Shown in pieces: positions 1 to 9,784 of a stretch of DNA of 64,000 nucleotides (the first letter of the stretch is position 1; each line of letters starts with the position of its first letter). Made by a program: the position numbers and the translations under genes. The DNA is taken from assembly GCA_050288105.1 (NCBI GenBank), contig JBNKDE010000001.1:16097-80096 (forward strand), in the 5' to 3' direction. The DNA is from Gammaproteobacteria bacterium. GTDB lineage: Bacteria; Pseudomonadota; Gammaproteobacteria; GCA-001735895. Below the pieces are notes generated by a model. The model had not been told where the DNA came from. It searched no databases and was given only the letters and a program-made list of their open reading frames with translations.

Positions 1-7
1 AGCCGCA

Positions 8-232
8 TTGACAAAAGCTATTACTTTAGCTGGATCACAAACCGAACTTGGCCGCGTTGTTGGTAAAAACCAGGGGCATGTATCGGCATGGATCCGAAGA
101 GATCACAAGGTTCCAGCCGATTTGGTGCTTCCAATATGCTCAAAGCTTGGTGGCCAAATAACACCCTTTGAGCTACGCCCGGATGTTTTCGGTAGCTCGC
201 TGGATGACCTGTTAAAAGCTGTCTGTCCATGA
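8..232 (+). CDS. Cro/YdaS-like HTH DNA-binding regulator (start may be cut by the window edge)
   Basis: 74-aa ORF whose residue pattern (...QTELGRVVGKNQGHVSAW...) resembles short phage HTH regulators. Confidence 0.45.
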   Translation: MTKAITLAGSQTELGRVVGKNQGHVSAWIRRDHKVPADLVLPICSKLGGQITPFELRPDVFGSSLDDLLKAVCP

Positions 233-266
233 AACAACAATAATCAATAAACCGGAGAATAAAAAC

Positions 267-722
267 GTGACCACAATCAGTTCTGTATCAGATGCTGCTT
301 ATCACACCGTGCATGATTACCCAGGTGGTGCGCCTTCGCTCGCGCCGCGTATTGGTATTTCGTCGCATCGGGTGCTTGACGGTAAAGTCAAACCAACCGA
401 CGAGTATCACAAACTAACCCTGGATGAGGCGTGCAAGATCATCGCGCTCACGGGTGACTTGCGCATCTTACGGGCTATGGCTGAAGAAAACCGACAGCTG
501 CTGGTGCCAATGGTTGATTGCATGGTAAGTGATGCGGCACTGCTGGATACCTACACCAACCTGATGAAAGAGCTGGGCGAGTTTTCCGGCTCTTTTCACG
601 ATGCGTTATCAGATGGCCGCATCACGCGCGCCGAGTTCGAGCGCATGCAAAAAGAAATGAATGATTTCTTTATGGCAGGCAATGAATTACTCAACCGTGC
701 AGAACAGCTGATTGATGATTGA
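267..722 (+). CDS. Phage CII-like regulatory protein
   Basis: 151-aa ORF in the phage regulatory region upstream of the primase; resembles the CP-933/P4-type CII family. Called by recall only. Confidence 0.4.
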   Translation: MTTISSVSDAAYHTVHDYPGGAPSLAPRIGISSHRVLDGKVKPTDEYHKLTLDEACKIIALTGDLRILRAMAEENRQLLVPMVDCMVSDAALLDTYTNLMKELGEFSGSFHDALSDGRITRAEFERMQKEMNDFFMAGNELLNRAEQLIDD

Positions 723-996
723 TACCGATTTCCTCCATCCCATTGTGGTCACTCCTGTGGGCTTTGCATCGCCTTTTGGGCGGTGCTGTTTTATTTTTGA
801 ATGGTGCGCTTATGACGCCGACTGAACAGATAGCAGTATCCAGGTTAATCGACGATCTGGAACAGGCGCACCATGATCGGGACGATAAGCGATTTGATGA
901 GCTCACCCGCGCAGCCAGAACATTGTTGCGGGTTGAATCTGAGGGCAGGATCCAGTTGGTCCGTGAGAACGGTCTGGTTGATTATCAGAGGGCTGG

Positions 997-1503
997 TTGA
1001 TGAGTATTGTTAAAAGGGGCCTGAGAACGAATGATAGGCTGCAAACCCCTGAATGGGTCTACTCGAGACTTGGGCAGATAGATCTTGATCCATGCGCTGG
1101 TATTGATACCAACATCGGTTCTGTGAACTGGGCTATCGAGCGGGGCGAGAATGGGCTAGAAAGAACTTGGTTTGGTTTCGTGTACTGCAACCCTCCGTTT
1201 AGTCAGAAAGAAGCATGGGCGGAGCGTATGCAAAATCATGGGACAGGAATTATAGTTTTACCAGAGCGTGGTTCCGCGCCGTGGTTTTCACCATTGGCAG
1301 CAAGCGCTGGTTATTACTGGGTAATGGGAAAAAAAATTAACTTTGTTGGGGGGCCGAGCAGTAACAACTTGGGTAGTTGCTTGTTTCCTTTTGGGGAAGA
1401 GGCATTGCGGAGGTTAGAGGAAAGCGGGCTTCCAGGGCATTTAGTAGAAGTTAAGATTATTCGGACGCGTAGCTCTTACCACCAGATGGTTAGCAATGAC
1501 TGA
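997..1503 (+). CDS. Phage DNA N6-adenine methyltransferase (Dam family)
   Basis: The 'VYCNPPFS' motif (motif IV, N/D-PP-F/Y, of N6A methyltransferases) and a size typical of small phage Dam enzymes. Confidence 0.65.
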   Translation: MMSIVKRGLRTNDRLQTPEWVYSRLGQIDLDPCAGIDTNIGSVNWAIERGENGLERTWFGFVYCNPPFSQKEAWAERMQNHGTGIIVLPERGSAPWFSPLAASAGYYWVMGKKINFVGGPSSNNLGSCLFPFGEEALRRLEESGLPGHLVEVKIIRTRSSYHQMVSND

Positions 1504-3754
1504 CCCGATAAGCAACGCACTAACCCAGCTCACCGCCTACGGCCTGCAGCTCGATCAGTTTGAATGCGATGGCAAGCTGCGGCGCGTAAAAACCACCGAT
1601 GATAAAGGCAGTAAAAAATCAGGCTGGTACGTGGCGCATGAGTTTACCCTGGATTCTGGCCGCACGGTGATTACCGGCAGGTTCGGTAACTGGAAGGTCA
1701 GTGATGAACCGCAGGAATTTAAGTTTGATGCCACTTTCACTGAGAGTGAAAAAGCGGCATTCAAAGCGAAGCAGGAAGCGCAGCGCCAGGCGGCAGCTAA
1801 AGAAAAACGCGCCAGACAAAAGCAGGCCGCCGCTAGAGCTGAAAAGTCATGGCCTAATTTGCCGAAAGAGGGTCATAGCGATTACCTGGCACGCAAGAAG
1901 ATATACGGCTTTGTGTGCCGCTATTCTCGCGGCTGGATTGCCATACCGTTATACAAAAATAATAAGCTGGTCGGGTTGCAGTGGATTAAACCCGATGGTG
2001 AAAAAATCTTTTTAACCGGCACTGAGAAAGAGGGTGCTAGTACCATTATTCAACAGGGCAGTGATGATCTGCCACGGATCTTATGCGAGGGATATTCAAC
2101 AGGCTGTAGCCTCGCGATGGCGAAGCCTGAACACACCGTGGAGGCTTGCCACGATGCAGGCAACCTGCTGGTTGTAGCGAAGGCTTATATCAAATCAAAA
2201 ATACCGTTTATGGTGGCTGCTGATAACGATCACCAGCTGGCGGTGCGGCGTCCAGACATTGGCAACAAAGGCATCAACATTGCGCGCGAGATTCAGCGCC
2301 TGTCACCTAAAACCCCGATCTACTGGCCTGATTTTCTGCCTGAAGACTCTGGATCTGATTTCAATGACTTACACGTTTCAAAATCGCTGGACGCAGTCAG
2401 GGAGATATTCAATCGGCGCGAGCCGCAGGCTTTGGTTTCCGAAGATAGCCAGGATAATGGTTTTAATGAGCTTTGTCCGCCTTTTGAAGGTGAGCAAGTA
2501 GATGATGATCCGCCCCCCGATCCTGATTGGCAACTGAGGCTAACCAAGGTTAAGTCACGTGGTGGGCCACTAAAGATTGAAGGGACGGCCAGCAACATCG
2601 CGTTGATATTCGAGCATGACCCTGAGTTTTCAAAGGCTCTGTCTTACTGTGATTTCAGTTACCGAATTATAAAGCGCCGTGAGATTATGCCTCAGGTTAC
2701 TGATGGTGAGTGGATTGATAGTGATACCAGTGCTGCCTTGATCTGGATGGCTAGAAAATACGGTTTTGAACCTTCAGATCCTAAGCTTGCTCATGCGTTA
2801 GTTAATGTGGCAAAGCACAACCGTTTTCACCCGGTGCGTGATTACCTGGAGAATGTTGTTTGGGATAAAAAGGAAAGGTTGGCGAATTGGCTGGCTGATG
2901 TTTATGAATCTGATGCACCGCCAGATTACCTGGCTGCTGCTGGAAAAAAGTTTTTGATAGGCGCTGTGGCACGAATATTCAGGCCTGGCTGCAAAATGGA
3001 TAACGTGCTGATATTGGAAGGTGAGCAGGGCTTACGTAAGTCTACCAGTGTCCATAAGCTGTTTGGTGAGTGGTTTAGTGACTCACCTATTCCCCTGGGT
3101 GATAAGGACAGCTATCAAAATATTCAGGGTATCTGGTGTCACGAACTCGCGGAGCTTGATAGCTTCAACAAAGCAGAGAGTACAACCGCTAAAAACTTTT
3201 TCACCCAGACTCGTGATCGATATCGGCCAAGCTATGGACATAGGGCAGAGGATTTTCCTCGTCAGACGGTTTTCGTCGGCACCACTAATCAAGATGAGTA
3301 CCTAAAAGATTACACCGGGAATCGGCGTTATTGGCCTGTTAAGTGTCGCATTGCAAACCTGGAATTGATTGAAGCTTATCGTGATCAATATTGGGCTGAA
3401 GCAGTTCATCTGTACAAACAAGGTGCCACCTGGTGGATTGAATCTGAAGCGGAGCGCCAGCTTTTCGAGGCTGAGCAAGACAGCCGGTTACAAGTTGATC
3501 CATGGCAGTACCATATTGAGCGCTATCTTACTAAGGATGCAGGTGAGTATGTAACCAGCGCAGAAATATTATCAGACGCCATCAAGAAAGATGCCGGTCA
3601 TGTTACTAAGGCTGATCAAAATCGTATCAGTCCAATCATGCAGGCAATCGGATGGAAGCATAAGAAGAAAAGGATCTGGGTTGGTACAGAAAAGCTGCCG
3701 CGCTGGGTTTACGTGAGGCCTGAAAAACCGTCGAAAGTGGGGGAATTAGAATGA
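1496..3754 (+). CDS. P4-type bifunctional DNA primase/helicase
   Basis: 752 aa with a Walker A P-loop (EGEQGLRKST) in the C-terminal half and an N-terminal primase-like region, the P4 alpha/D5-like architecture. Confidence 0.8.
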   Translation: MTDPISNALTQLTAYGLQLDQFECDGKLRRVKTTDDKGSKKSGWYVAHEFTLDSGRTVITGRFGNWKVSDEPQEFKFDATFTESEKAAFKAKQEAQRQAAAKEKRARQKQAAARAEKSWPNLPKEGHSDYLARKKIYGFVCRYSRGWIAIPLYKNNKLVGLQWIKPDGEKIFLTGTEKEGASTIIQQGSDDLPRILCEGYSTGCSLAMAKPEHTVEACHDAGNLLVVAKAYIKSKIPFMVAADNDHQLAVRRPDIGNKGINIAREIQRLSPKTPIYWPDFLPEDSGSDFNDLHVSKSLDAVREIFNRREPQALVSEDSQDNGFNELCPPFEGEQVDDDPPPDPDWQLRLTKVKSRGGPLKIEGTASNIALIFEHDPEFSKALSYCDFSYRIIKRREIMPQVTDGEWIDSDTSAALIWMARKYGFEPSDPKLAHALVNVAKHNRFHPVRDYLENVVWDKKERLANWLADVYESDAPPDYLAAAGKKFLIGAVARIFRPGCKMDNVLILEGEQGLRKSTSVHKLFGEWFSDSPIPLGDKDSYQNIQGIWCHELAELDSFNKAESTTAKNFFTQTRDRYRPSYGHRAEDFPRQTVFVGTTNQDEYLKDYTGNRRYWPVKCRIANLELIEAYRDQYWAEAVHLYKQGATWWIESEAERQLFEAEQDSRLQVDPWQYHIERYLTKDAGEYVTSAEILSDAIKKDAGHVTKADQNRISPIMQAIGWKHKKKRIWVGTEKLPRWVYVRPEKPSKVGELE

Positions 3755-3759
3755 ATTCG

Positions 3760-4045
3760 TCCATTTTGTTCCGCGTGTTCCGCAACTGTTCCAACCTTTT
3801 TTGCATAGGTTGGAACGCCTTTCGCCTTTTCCTGATGCGGCTTTCAGAGGTTTGTTCCGCATGTTCCAACCTTTTTCCTCACGTATATGTGCGCACGCGC
3901 GCGCACGTGCGGGTGTGTGTATATATACCTCACACAGGTTGGAACACTGGAACAAACAGTAATAAACAGCCAAGAATCAAAAACTTAACCTGTTCCAACC
4001 CATTCAAAAAAGGTTGGAACAGTTGCGGAACGGTTGGAACATTCT
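3760..4045. repeat. Iteron-rich putative phage replication origin with an alternating purine-pyrimidine tract
   Basis: At least 7 copies of GGTTGGAAC / GTTCCAACC in both orientations and a repeated GTTCCGC motif. Tract cgcacgcgcgcgcacgtgcgggtgtgtgtatatata at about 3886-3925. Lies immediately downstream of the primase gene. Confidence 0.5.
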
Positions 4046-4271
4046 ATGCCGATTGAATTTAACCGACGTAGTAAGCAGGTCTGGGTGAGTACGTGCGGTC
4101 TATACCGGATCTCCTGCATCGGGAGCCGCGGGCATTACCTCTACTCGGCCAGCTACAAGCTGTGTGATGATCAATACGAACAGCTAGGGCTATTCGAAAC
4201 TGCTGACTCTCAAGCGAATGCTGACGCAGCCAAAGCGGCATGCAACAACCACCACGAAGCGAGGCAATCCC

Positions 4272-4883
4272 ATGTTTGAATTTAGCGTCAAATCCGATAT
4301 CGATAAAACCATCAAAGCAGTCGGTAGCTTTTACGCAAAACAGGTGCCGTATGCTGCATCGGTAGGCATCAACAACACGTTGAAGGATGTGCAGAAGTTA
4401 GAGCAGGCAGCTATCAAACGTGATCTGGATAATCCAACACCGTCGACCGTGAAGGGCATCAGGATCTCGCGCAGCAATAAGCGTAACCTGGTTGGATCAG
4501 TGTTCATCATTCCGAACATTGACAAGTTTTTAAAATACAACATCGAAGGCGGCACCCGACCACCGCGCAGCAGGGCAGAAGCTGTGCCAGTCGATATCAA
4601 ACTGAACCGCTACGGCAACATACCTGCCCGCCGTCAGGGCAAGCTCGCCAAACTGTTGAGCAGACCTGATACATTCAGTGCCACCATCAAAGGTGTTGCC
4701 GGTATCTGGCAGCGAGGCAAAGGCCGTAACCGTAATCGCGTTACGCTCCTGGTGGCATACGAAAGCCAGACCAGATACGAGAAGGGCTTCGACTTCTATC
4801 GTTATGCCGAGAAGACAGCAGCCAAACGCTGGCCCCGCAACTTCAGCAGAGCATTGACCCAGGCGATCAGGTCAGCCCGATGA
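4272..4883 (+). CDS. Hypothetical phage protein
   Basis: ORF with a plausible RBS (gaggcaa) ahead of ATG 4272; no recognisable domain. Confidence 0.4.
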   Translation: MFEFSVKSDIDKTIKAVGSFYAKQVPYAASVGINNTLKDVQKLEQAAIKRDLDNPTPSTVKGIRISRSNKRNLVGSVFIIPNIDKFLKYNIEGGTRPPRSRAEAVPVDIKLNRYGNIPARRQGKLAKLLSRPDTFSATIKGVAGIWQRGKGRNRNRVTLLVAYESQTRYEKGFDFYRYAEKTAAKRWPRNFSRALTQAIRSAR

Positions 4884-4963
4884 TAACCCCACACAAAAAA
4901 GGTACTCCCCAGCACCTTCCGTCGTGGGTAATTCGCACCCCGGTTGTTGATTAGTTATAGGAT

Positions 4964-5581
4964 TTGTGGAGGCACTTTACTTTCATGACACAAGACAAAA
5001 GTAGCAAAGTCGATAAACCAGATTTATCAGCAAATATCACCAGTCAGGCCGTTACAGCTGTCGAGTTCGCTGAGTACGTTGGATTGACCGTTCAGCGTGT
5101 CCATCAACTGGTTTCCAATAAAATTTTGCGTAAAGCTGCGCGCGGGGCGTTCGACCTGAAGCCGTGTGTACATGACTACTGCAAGTATCTGCGTGACAAG
5201 TCTGGCGGGTCTGATGGCGCTCAAAGTGAGCGTGAGGCGAGGGTGCGATTGCTTGAAGTGAAAGCGGACATTGCCGAGCTGGAACACCTCGAAAAAGCGA
5301 GGGTGATGATTAACGGTGAAGTCCGCAAAAAACAGGATTCTGCATTAGCGGTGATTCTGCAAAACAACCTGCTGTCGATGGCGGACCGGCTGTCACCAGA
5401 GCTGGCCGCTGAAACTGATGCGGTTGCTATACACAAGCAAATTACTGCAGAGGTCAGGAACAGTTTGAATTCTGTGATAACGGATATGGAGTCCACCGAG
5501 GTTGATGATGCCACGATGGATATTGTGCGGCGTGATTCGCTGCAGGCTTATGAGCAAAACAGCAAAAGTGATGTTTCTTGA
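4964..5581 (+). CDS. Terminase small subunit (Nu1-like, N-terminal HTH)
   Basis: Sits directly upstream of the large terminase. N-terminal HTH-like segment and a coiled, charged middle region like lambda Nu1. Confidence 0.5.
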   Translation: MWRHFTFMTQDKSSKVDKPDLSANITSQAVTAVEFAEYVGLTVQRVHQLVSNKILRKAARGAFDLKPCVHDYCKYLRDKSGGSDGAQSEREARVRLLEVKADIAELEHLEKARVMINGEVRKKQDSALAVILQNNLLSMADRLSPELAAETDAVAIHKQITAEVRNSLNSVITDMESTEVDDATMDIVRRDSLQAYEQNSKSDVS

Positions 5582-5602
5582 GAAACCAACCGGGAGAATG
5601 AT

Positions 5603-6325
5603 ATGAAACAGATAAAAGAAATACCTGATTTTATTAAGCGAATGAACGGCCAGGACTACATCGATAAAACCCGTGAGTACCTTGATTACCTCGAGGAACA
5701 TTTAAACAACGTTGCAAAAGCCTTCAGTGAACTGACAATGGCTTGCGATGGAAAGGAATCATGGGTTGGAGACGACTACACTTGGCATATGTTCAAGCAA
5801 GAAGTTGAGAATCACGATTTGTCTAAATTTAGCAAGGAAGAATTTGTGCCTTACAGGGATAAGTTTTTTTCAACTGAGGGGCAGGTATTAAAAGACCCAG
5901 GGTTCGACAAGGCATGGGAACACCATAAACATAACAATCATCATCACCATGAAACTGCTGAAAACTTTATGGACTTGGTGCATATGGTTATTGATTGGAT
6001 GGCTATGAGTTATAAGTTTGGTGACAACCCAAGGGATTTTTATAACAAGACAAAGCCTCAAATGAAGTTTGATAAAAAACATCACGACTATATTGATTTT
6101 TTGTTTGACTGCCTGGAGGAATATCGGTCTCTAAAAGCAAAATTGGTTATACGCTGGCAACCTCAATTTGGACAATGGTATCTATGCCATGCCACAAGCT
6201 ACCAGAACGCATTCGGTAAAGAGGTTAATGGTTTTAATACTCGTGGGGAGGCTGCTGAATTCGCGCGTAAGCAAGGGTTTGAAATTGAGAAACATGAACA
6301 TGATCAATTGCAAAATTATTTATAG
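5603..6325 (+). CDS. Hypothetical His-rich protein (AT-rich moron)
   Basis: 240-aa ORF, visibly more AT-rich than the flanking phage genes, inserted between the small and large terminase genes. Contains the run HHKHNNHHHHE. Confidence 0.5.
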   Translation: MKQIKEIPDFIKRMNGQDYIDKTREYLDYLEEHLNNVAKAFSELTMACDGKESWVGDDYTWHMFKQEVENHDLSKFSKEEFVPYRDKFFSTEGQVLKDPGFDKAWEHHKHNNHHHHETAENFMDLVHMVIDWMAMSYKFGDNPRDFYNKTKPQMKFDKKHHDYIDFLFDCLEEYRSLKAKLVIRWQPQFGQWYLCHATSYQNAFGKEVNGFNTRGEAAEFARKQGFEIEKHEHDQLQNYL

Positions 6326-6333
6326 AGGTTGAT

Positions 6334-6519
6334 ATGGCGAAAGTAGAACTAAAAATAAACATAAAAGATGCATTAGAAAAAATAGAAAAACTGAATACTG
6401 AAGTCGATAAATTCAAAATCGCAATGTTTCAGGCGAGGATTGCTGCAAATGGCACCGCAAAAGCTATGCATGATTTTGTCGAAGCTTGCAATAACATTGA
6501 TATCGATTTAAAGCAGTAA
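6334..6519 (+). CDS. Small coiled-coil protein (part of the AT-rich moron)
   Basis: 61-aa ORF with the same AT-rich composition, co-oriented and tightly spaced. Confidence 0.35.
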   Translation: MAKVELKINIKDALEKIEKLNTEVDKFKIAMFQARIAANGTAKAMHDFVEACNNIDIDLKQ

Positions 6520-6522
6520 AAA

Positions 6523-8490
6523 ATGCTCCTCTCCGAAGCTCTCCCTGGTTGGTACGAAGGCTTAAAACCTAAGCCCGAATTAACCGTGTCAGAGTGGGCG
6601 GATGCGAAACGAGTTTTAAATCAACGGTCCTCTGCAGAGAGTGGGGCTTGGCGTACCAGCCGAGCGCCATTCACTAAAGATATTATGGATGATTTAAGCG
6701 TGCACAGTTCAGTTGGTGAAGTTTCTGTGATGAAAGGCGTTCAAATTGCTGGTACTGAAAGTGGTAATAATTTTATAGGTTACATTATCGATCATGCGCC
6801 TGGTCCCTGGATGGTTGTGCAGCCGACGGTTGATATGGGCAAACGTTGGAGTCGCCAGCGCTTGGGTCCGATGATTGAAGACATGCCTTGCTTGTCAGAA
6901 AAAATAAAACCTTCGCGCAGCCGTGATAGTGGTAATACGACTTTGTCAAAGGAGTTTGATGGTGGGCTAGGCATTATCACTGGCGCAAATAGTGCTTCTG
7001 GACTTCGGTCGATGCCTGCAAAATATTTAATGAAAGATGAGCTGGATGCATGGCCTATTGATGTCGATAAAGAAGGCGATCCTAGCGAAATCGTTGATGC
7101 GCGCACAACAACATTTAGTCGTAGTAAAATTTTAAATATCAGCACGCCCACCGATAAAGCAACCAGCCGCATCTGGCGAAAGTACAAGGAAGGTGATCAG
7201 CGTAAGTATCATGTTCCTTGCCCACATTGCAAAGAGCTGCAGGTTTTGAATTTAAAATCTTTGGTGTGGGAGAAGGACGAAAACGGCGACGCGGATCCTG
7301 ATAGCGTGCAGGCTGTTTGTGAACACTGCGGCGCTATGATTCCGGAGTATCACAAAACCTGGATGCTGGCCAATGGTAAATGGATCCCGACTGGCCCGCG
7401 CAATGATCGGCATCACAGTTATCATCTGCCTAGTTATTATTCCCCGCTCGGCTGGATGAGTTGGGCTGACATTGTTCGCAAGTTTATAAAATCAGAAAAA
7501 AGCCGCGAGCTCCTGCAGGTGTTTACCAACCTGGTGGATGGCCTGCCATTTGAAGATAAAACCGAGCATGTTGATGCCAGCTACCTGCAGGAACGTGCCG
7601 AAGCCTATGCGCTGGGAAAATGTTACCTGGGTGATTTAATATTAACGGCTGGCGTTGATACGCAGCCAGATCGATTTGAGATCGAAGTGTGGGCGCATGG
7701 CATGAATCACTCGCGCGTTATCGATTATCAGGTGATCTGGGGCGACCCTGAAGACCGTGAAACGCGCAGCCAGTTAGATGACGCGCTGGCATTACGCTAC
7801 CCGCACGAATCAGGTGTCGAGTTAAAGATAGCAGCTGCGGGCATAGATTCAGGCGGGCATAATACGCAAACCATTTATAATTTTTGCCGTACTCGCAAGC
7901 GCCGCCAGATTTTCGCGTTAAAAGGTTACAGCCAGCGCTGGAAACCTATCATCGGCAAGCCAACTAAAGTGGATGTTTCTGTATCAGGCAGGACCATCAA
8001 AAATGGTGCTGATCTGTGGATGGTTGGATCTGATACCGCCAAAAAGCATATATACACCCGCCTGGCGAAAACGGATCCTGAAAAGGATGGTTATATCTAT
8101 CTAAGCAAGGAGCTGAACAAGGAATTTTTTGACGGCCTGACCAGTGAGCGCATATCGACCCGATACGTAAAAGGGTTTCCGGTTAAGGAGTTTGTCAAGG
8201 ATCCGTCAGTGCGCAACGAGCCGCTGGACTGCGCCGCGTATGCAATCTGCGCGTATTACAAGCTTGGGCTCAACCGCTGGCGGGCAGCGCAATGGAAACA
8301 GTTAGAAGAAAAAGTGCAGCCAGTCACAAAGGATCTATTCGCCGAAGCTGACGGCGACGAAGGTGCGCCCGCGGATCCAGAAGAGCCACCGCGAACCGCT
8401 ACAAAAAAATCAAAGTCAATCCGTAAACGGCGTAGGGTTGGCCGTGGTGGTTTTGTTAACGCAGGAATGTCCGGAGGAACAGGTGTCTGA
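6523..8490 (+). CDS. Terminase large subunit (lambda GpA family)
   Basis: 655 aa, the size and organisation of lambda gpA (N-terminal ATPase plus C-terminal nuclease); sits in the packaging module. Confidence 0.85.
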   Translation: MLLSEALPGWYEGLKPKPELTVSEWADAKRVLNQRSSAESGAWRTSRAPFTKDIMDDLSVHSSVGEVSVMKGVQIAGTESGNNFIGYIIDHAPGPWMVVQPTVDMGKRWSRQRLGPMIEDMPCLSEKIKPSRSRDSGNTTLSKEFDGGLGIITGANSASGLRSMPAKYLMKDELDAWPIDVDKEGDPSEIVDARTTTFSRSKILNISTPTDKATSRIWRKYKEGDQRKYHVPCPHCKELQVLNLKSLVWEKDENGDADPDSVQAVCEHCGAMIPEYHKTWMLANGKWIPTGPRNDRHHSYHLPSYYSPLGWMSWADIVRKFIKSEKSRELLQVFTNLVDGLPFEDKTEHVDASYLQERAEAYALGKCYLGDLILTAGVDTQPDRFEIEVWAHGMNHSRVIDYQVIWGDPEDRETRSQLDDALALRYPHESGVELKIAAAGIDSGGHNTQTIYNFCRTRKRRQIFALKGYSQRWKPIIGKPTKVDVSVSGRTIKNGADLWMVGSDTAKKHIYTRLAKTDPEKDGYIYLSKELNKEFFDGLTSERISTRYVKGFPVKEFVKDPSVRNEPLDCAAYAICAYYKLGLNRWRAAQWKQLEEKVQPVTKDLFAEADGDEGAPADPEEPPRTATKKSKSIRKRRRVGRGGFVNAGMSGGTGV

Positions 8491-8770
8491 TATCGAAAAC
8501 GATGATGATTTTGTGGAGAGCGTAGGCAGTATGATCGATTACTACATGGATCTACGAGGTAACCCGCCTGAAGATTGCCAGGCGCTGGCCAAAGCGGTCA
8601 TGCAAAGCATTCGCGAACGGTATCAAGGGGAGCGCGTTACTATCAGAAAACGTACGTCATCAATAAAGCGACAAATACGCGCTGAGTTTAACGGCCAGAA
8701 TATTGAAGAAATCATGCATCGATACGGTGTTAGCAGGGCAACGGTTTATCGGTATCTAGGCCGAAAGTAA
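8483..8770 (+). CDS. Mor/C-family late transcription activator
   Basis: The C-terminal segment ...IRAEFNGQNIEEIMHRYGVSRATVYRYLGRK closely parallels Mu Mor (...IWNDFNGRNVSELTTRYGVTFNTVYKAIRR). RBS GGAGGA lies ahead of GTG 8483. In the +1 frame relative to the terminase gene. Confidence 0.55.
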   Translation: MSDIENDDDFVESVGSMIDYYMDLRGNPPEDCQALAKAVMQSIRERYQGERVTIRKRTSSIKRQIRAEFNGQNIEEIMHRYGVSRATVYRYLGRK

Positions 8771-8824
8771 ATAATCTCAAAACTGGCAGCACCTGAGACA
8801 ATCGCCCGCTAATCTGCGGGCATG
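8768..8824 (+). repeat. 57-bp element, copy 1, identical to 13462-13518; ends at a start codon and contains hairpin GCCCGC-taatct-GCGGGC
   Basis: Exact sequence identity with the second copy, read directly from the sequence. Confidence 0.85.
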
Positions 8825-9253
8825 AAAATATTATCTTTCCTACCGCCGCGAGGTTCTGACGACTGGGGATCCGGTGAGTTCGGCGCAGCGCGTGGCAATC
8901 ATAAACACCGAGGTATCGATCTCGCGTGTTACCCCCAAACTGAAATTATGTCGCCTGTAGGCGGCAAGGTCACAAAACTGGGTTATCCCTATGCGGACGA
9001 CTTAAGTTATCGCTATGTTGAGATCGAGGATAGCAACAGCTACAAGCACCGATTTTTTTATGTTCAGCCACTGGTTGAAGTGGGTGAACTTGTTACACAT
9101 GGCGATGTTATCGGTCATGCGCAAGACATAGCCAGCCGCTATACCCGCCATAAAATTCTCGACGGCGAAATTGTTTCGCAAGTCATGAAAAACCATGTTC
9201 ACTATGAAATATTGGACAAAGGCGCGCCCATTGATCCGGGGAGGTTTGTATAG
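8822..9253 (+). CDS. Peptidase M23 family protein (putative endolysin or virion peptidoglycan hydrolase)
   Basis: HRGID (HxxxD) and NHVHYE (HxH) metal-binding motifs typical of M23/LytM peptidases. Confidence 0.55.
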   Translation: MKILSFLPPRGSDDWGSGEFGAARGNHKHRGIDLACYPQTEIMSPVGGKVTKLGYPYADDLSYRYVEIEDSNSYKHRFFYVQPLVEVGELVTHGDVIGHAQDIASRYTRHKILDGEIVSQVMKNHVHYEILDKGAPIDPGRFV

Positions 9254-9780
9254 TGAGTTGGCAGGATATCGTTAAAAGTGTTGCGCCCGTTATTGGTACT
9301 GCTCTGGGTGGTCCATTAGGTGGCATGGCAACCAAAGCAATCAGCTCAGCCCTATTCGGTGATGATGAACCACTAGAAGGCTCAGCGCTTGAAAAGAAGA
9401 TTGCGGCTGCCGTCACTGGTGATCCGGAAGCACTGCTGAAAATTAAGCAGGCCGATCAGGCATTCGAAACCAAAATGGCAGAGCTTGGGATTGATCTTGA
9501 AAAAATCGCGGCTGAAGATCGCCAGAACGCCCGCAATCTCGCCATCAATACTACTTTAGCCCCTCAATTGATTATTGCTTCTCTCTTTATCATTGGTTTT
9601 ATCGCGGTGCTCTACACGGTGTTTAAAGGTGACATAGCTATGACAGAGCAGCAGAGTAATATTGCCATGTACCTGCTTGGTATTTTGTCTGCAGGGATTG
9701 TGCAGATCATGAATTTCTTTTTCGGCTCCAGTGCTGGCAGCAAGGAGAAAACGCACAAACTATCTGCAGTAGTCAGGTGA
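9253..9780 (+). CDS. Putative holin (3TM / GTA-holin-like)
   Basis: Gly-rich N-terminal segment MSWQDIVKSVAPVIGTALGGPLGG, with hydrophobic transmembrane segments in the C-terminal half. Adjacent to the peptidase. Confidence 0.4.
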   Translation: MSWQDIVKSVAPVIGTALGGPLGGMATKAISSALFGDDEPLEGSALEKKIAAAVTGDPEALLKIKQADQAFETKMAELGIDLEKIAAEDRQNARNLAINTTLAPQLIIASLFIIGFIAVLYTVFKGDIAMTEQQSNIAMYLLGILSAGIVQIMNFFFGSSAGSKEKTHKLSAVVR

Positions 9781-9784
9781 AACG

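Noticed and set aside
3751-4279. Small ORFs 3751-4056 (101 aa) and 4034-4279 (81 aa)
   Set aside because: The first is laid across the iteron/ori region and its translation is dominated by the repeats. The second is weakly supported; only the possible internal start at 4046 (MPIEFN...) is plausible, and it has no recognisable features.
8768-8824. Possible sigma-54 promoter inside the 57-bp repeat (tggcagcacctgaga)
   Set aside because: The GG-N10-GC spacing is not satisfied: a/g occupy the -12 GC position.
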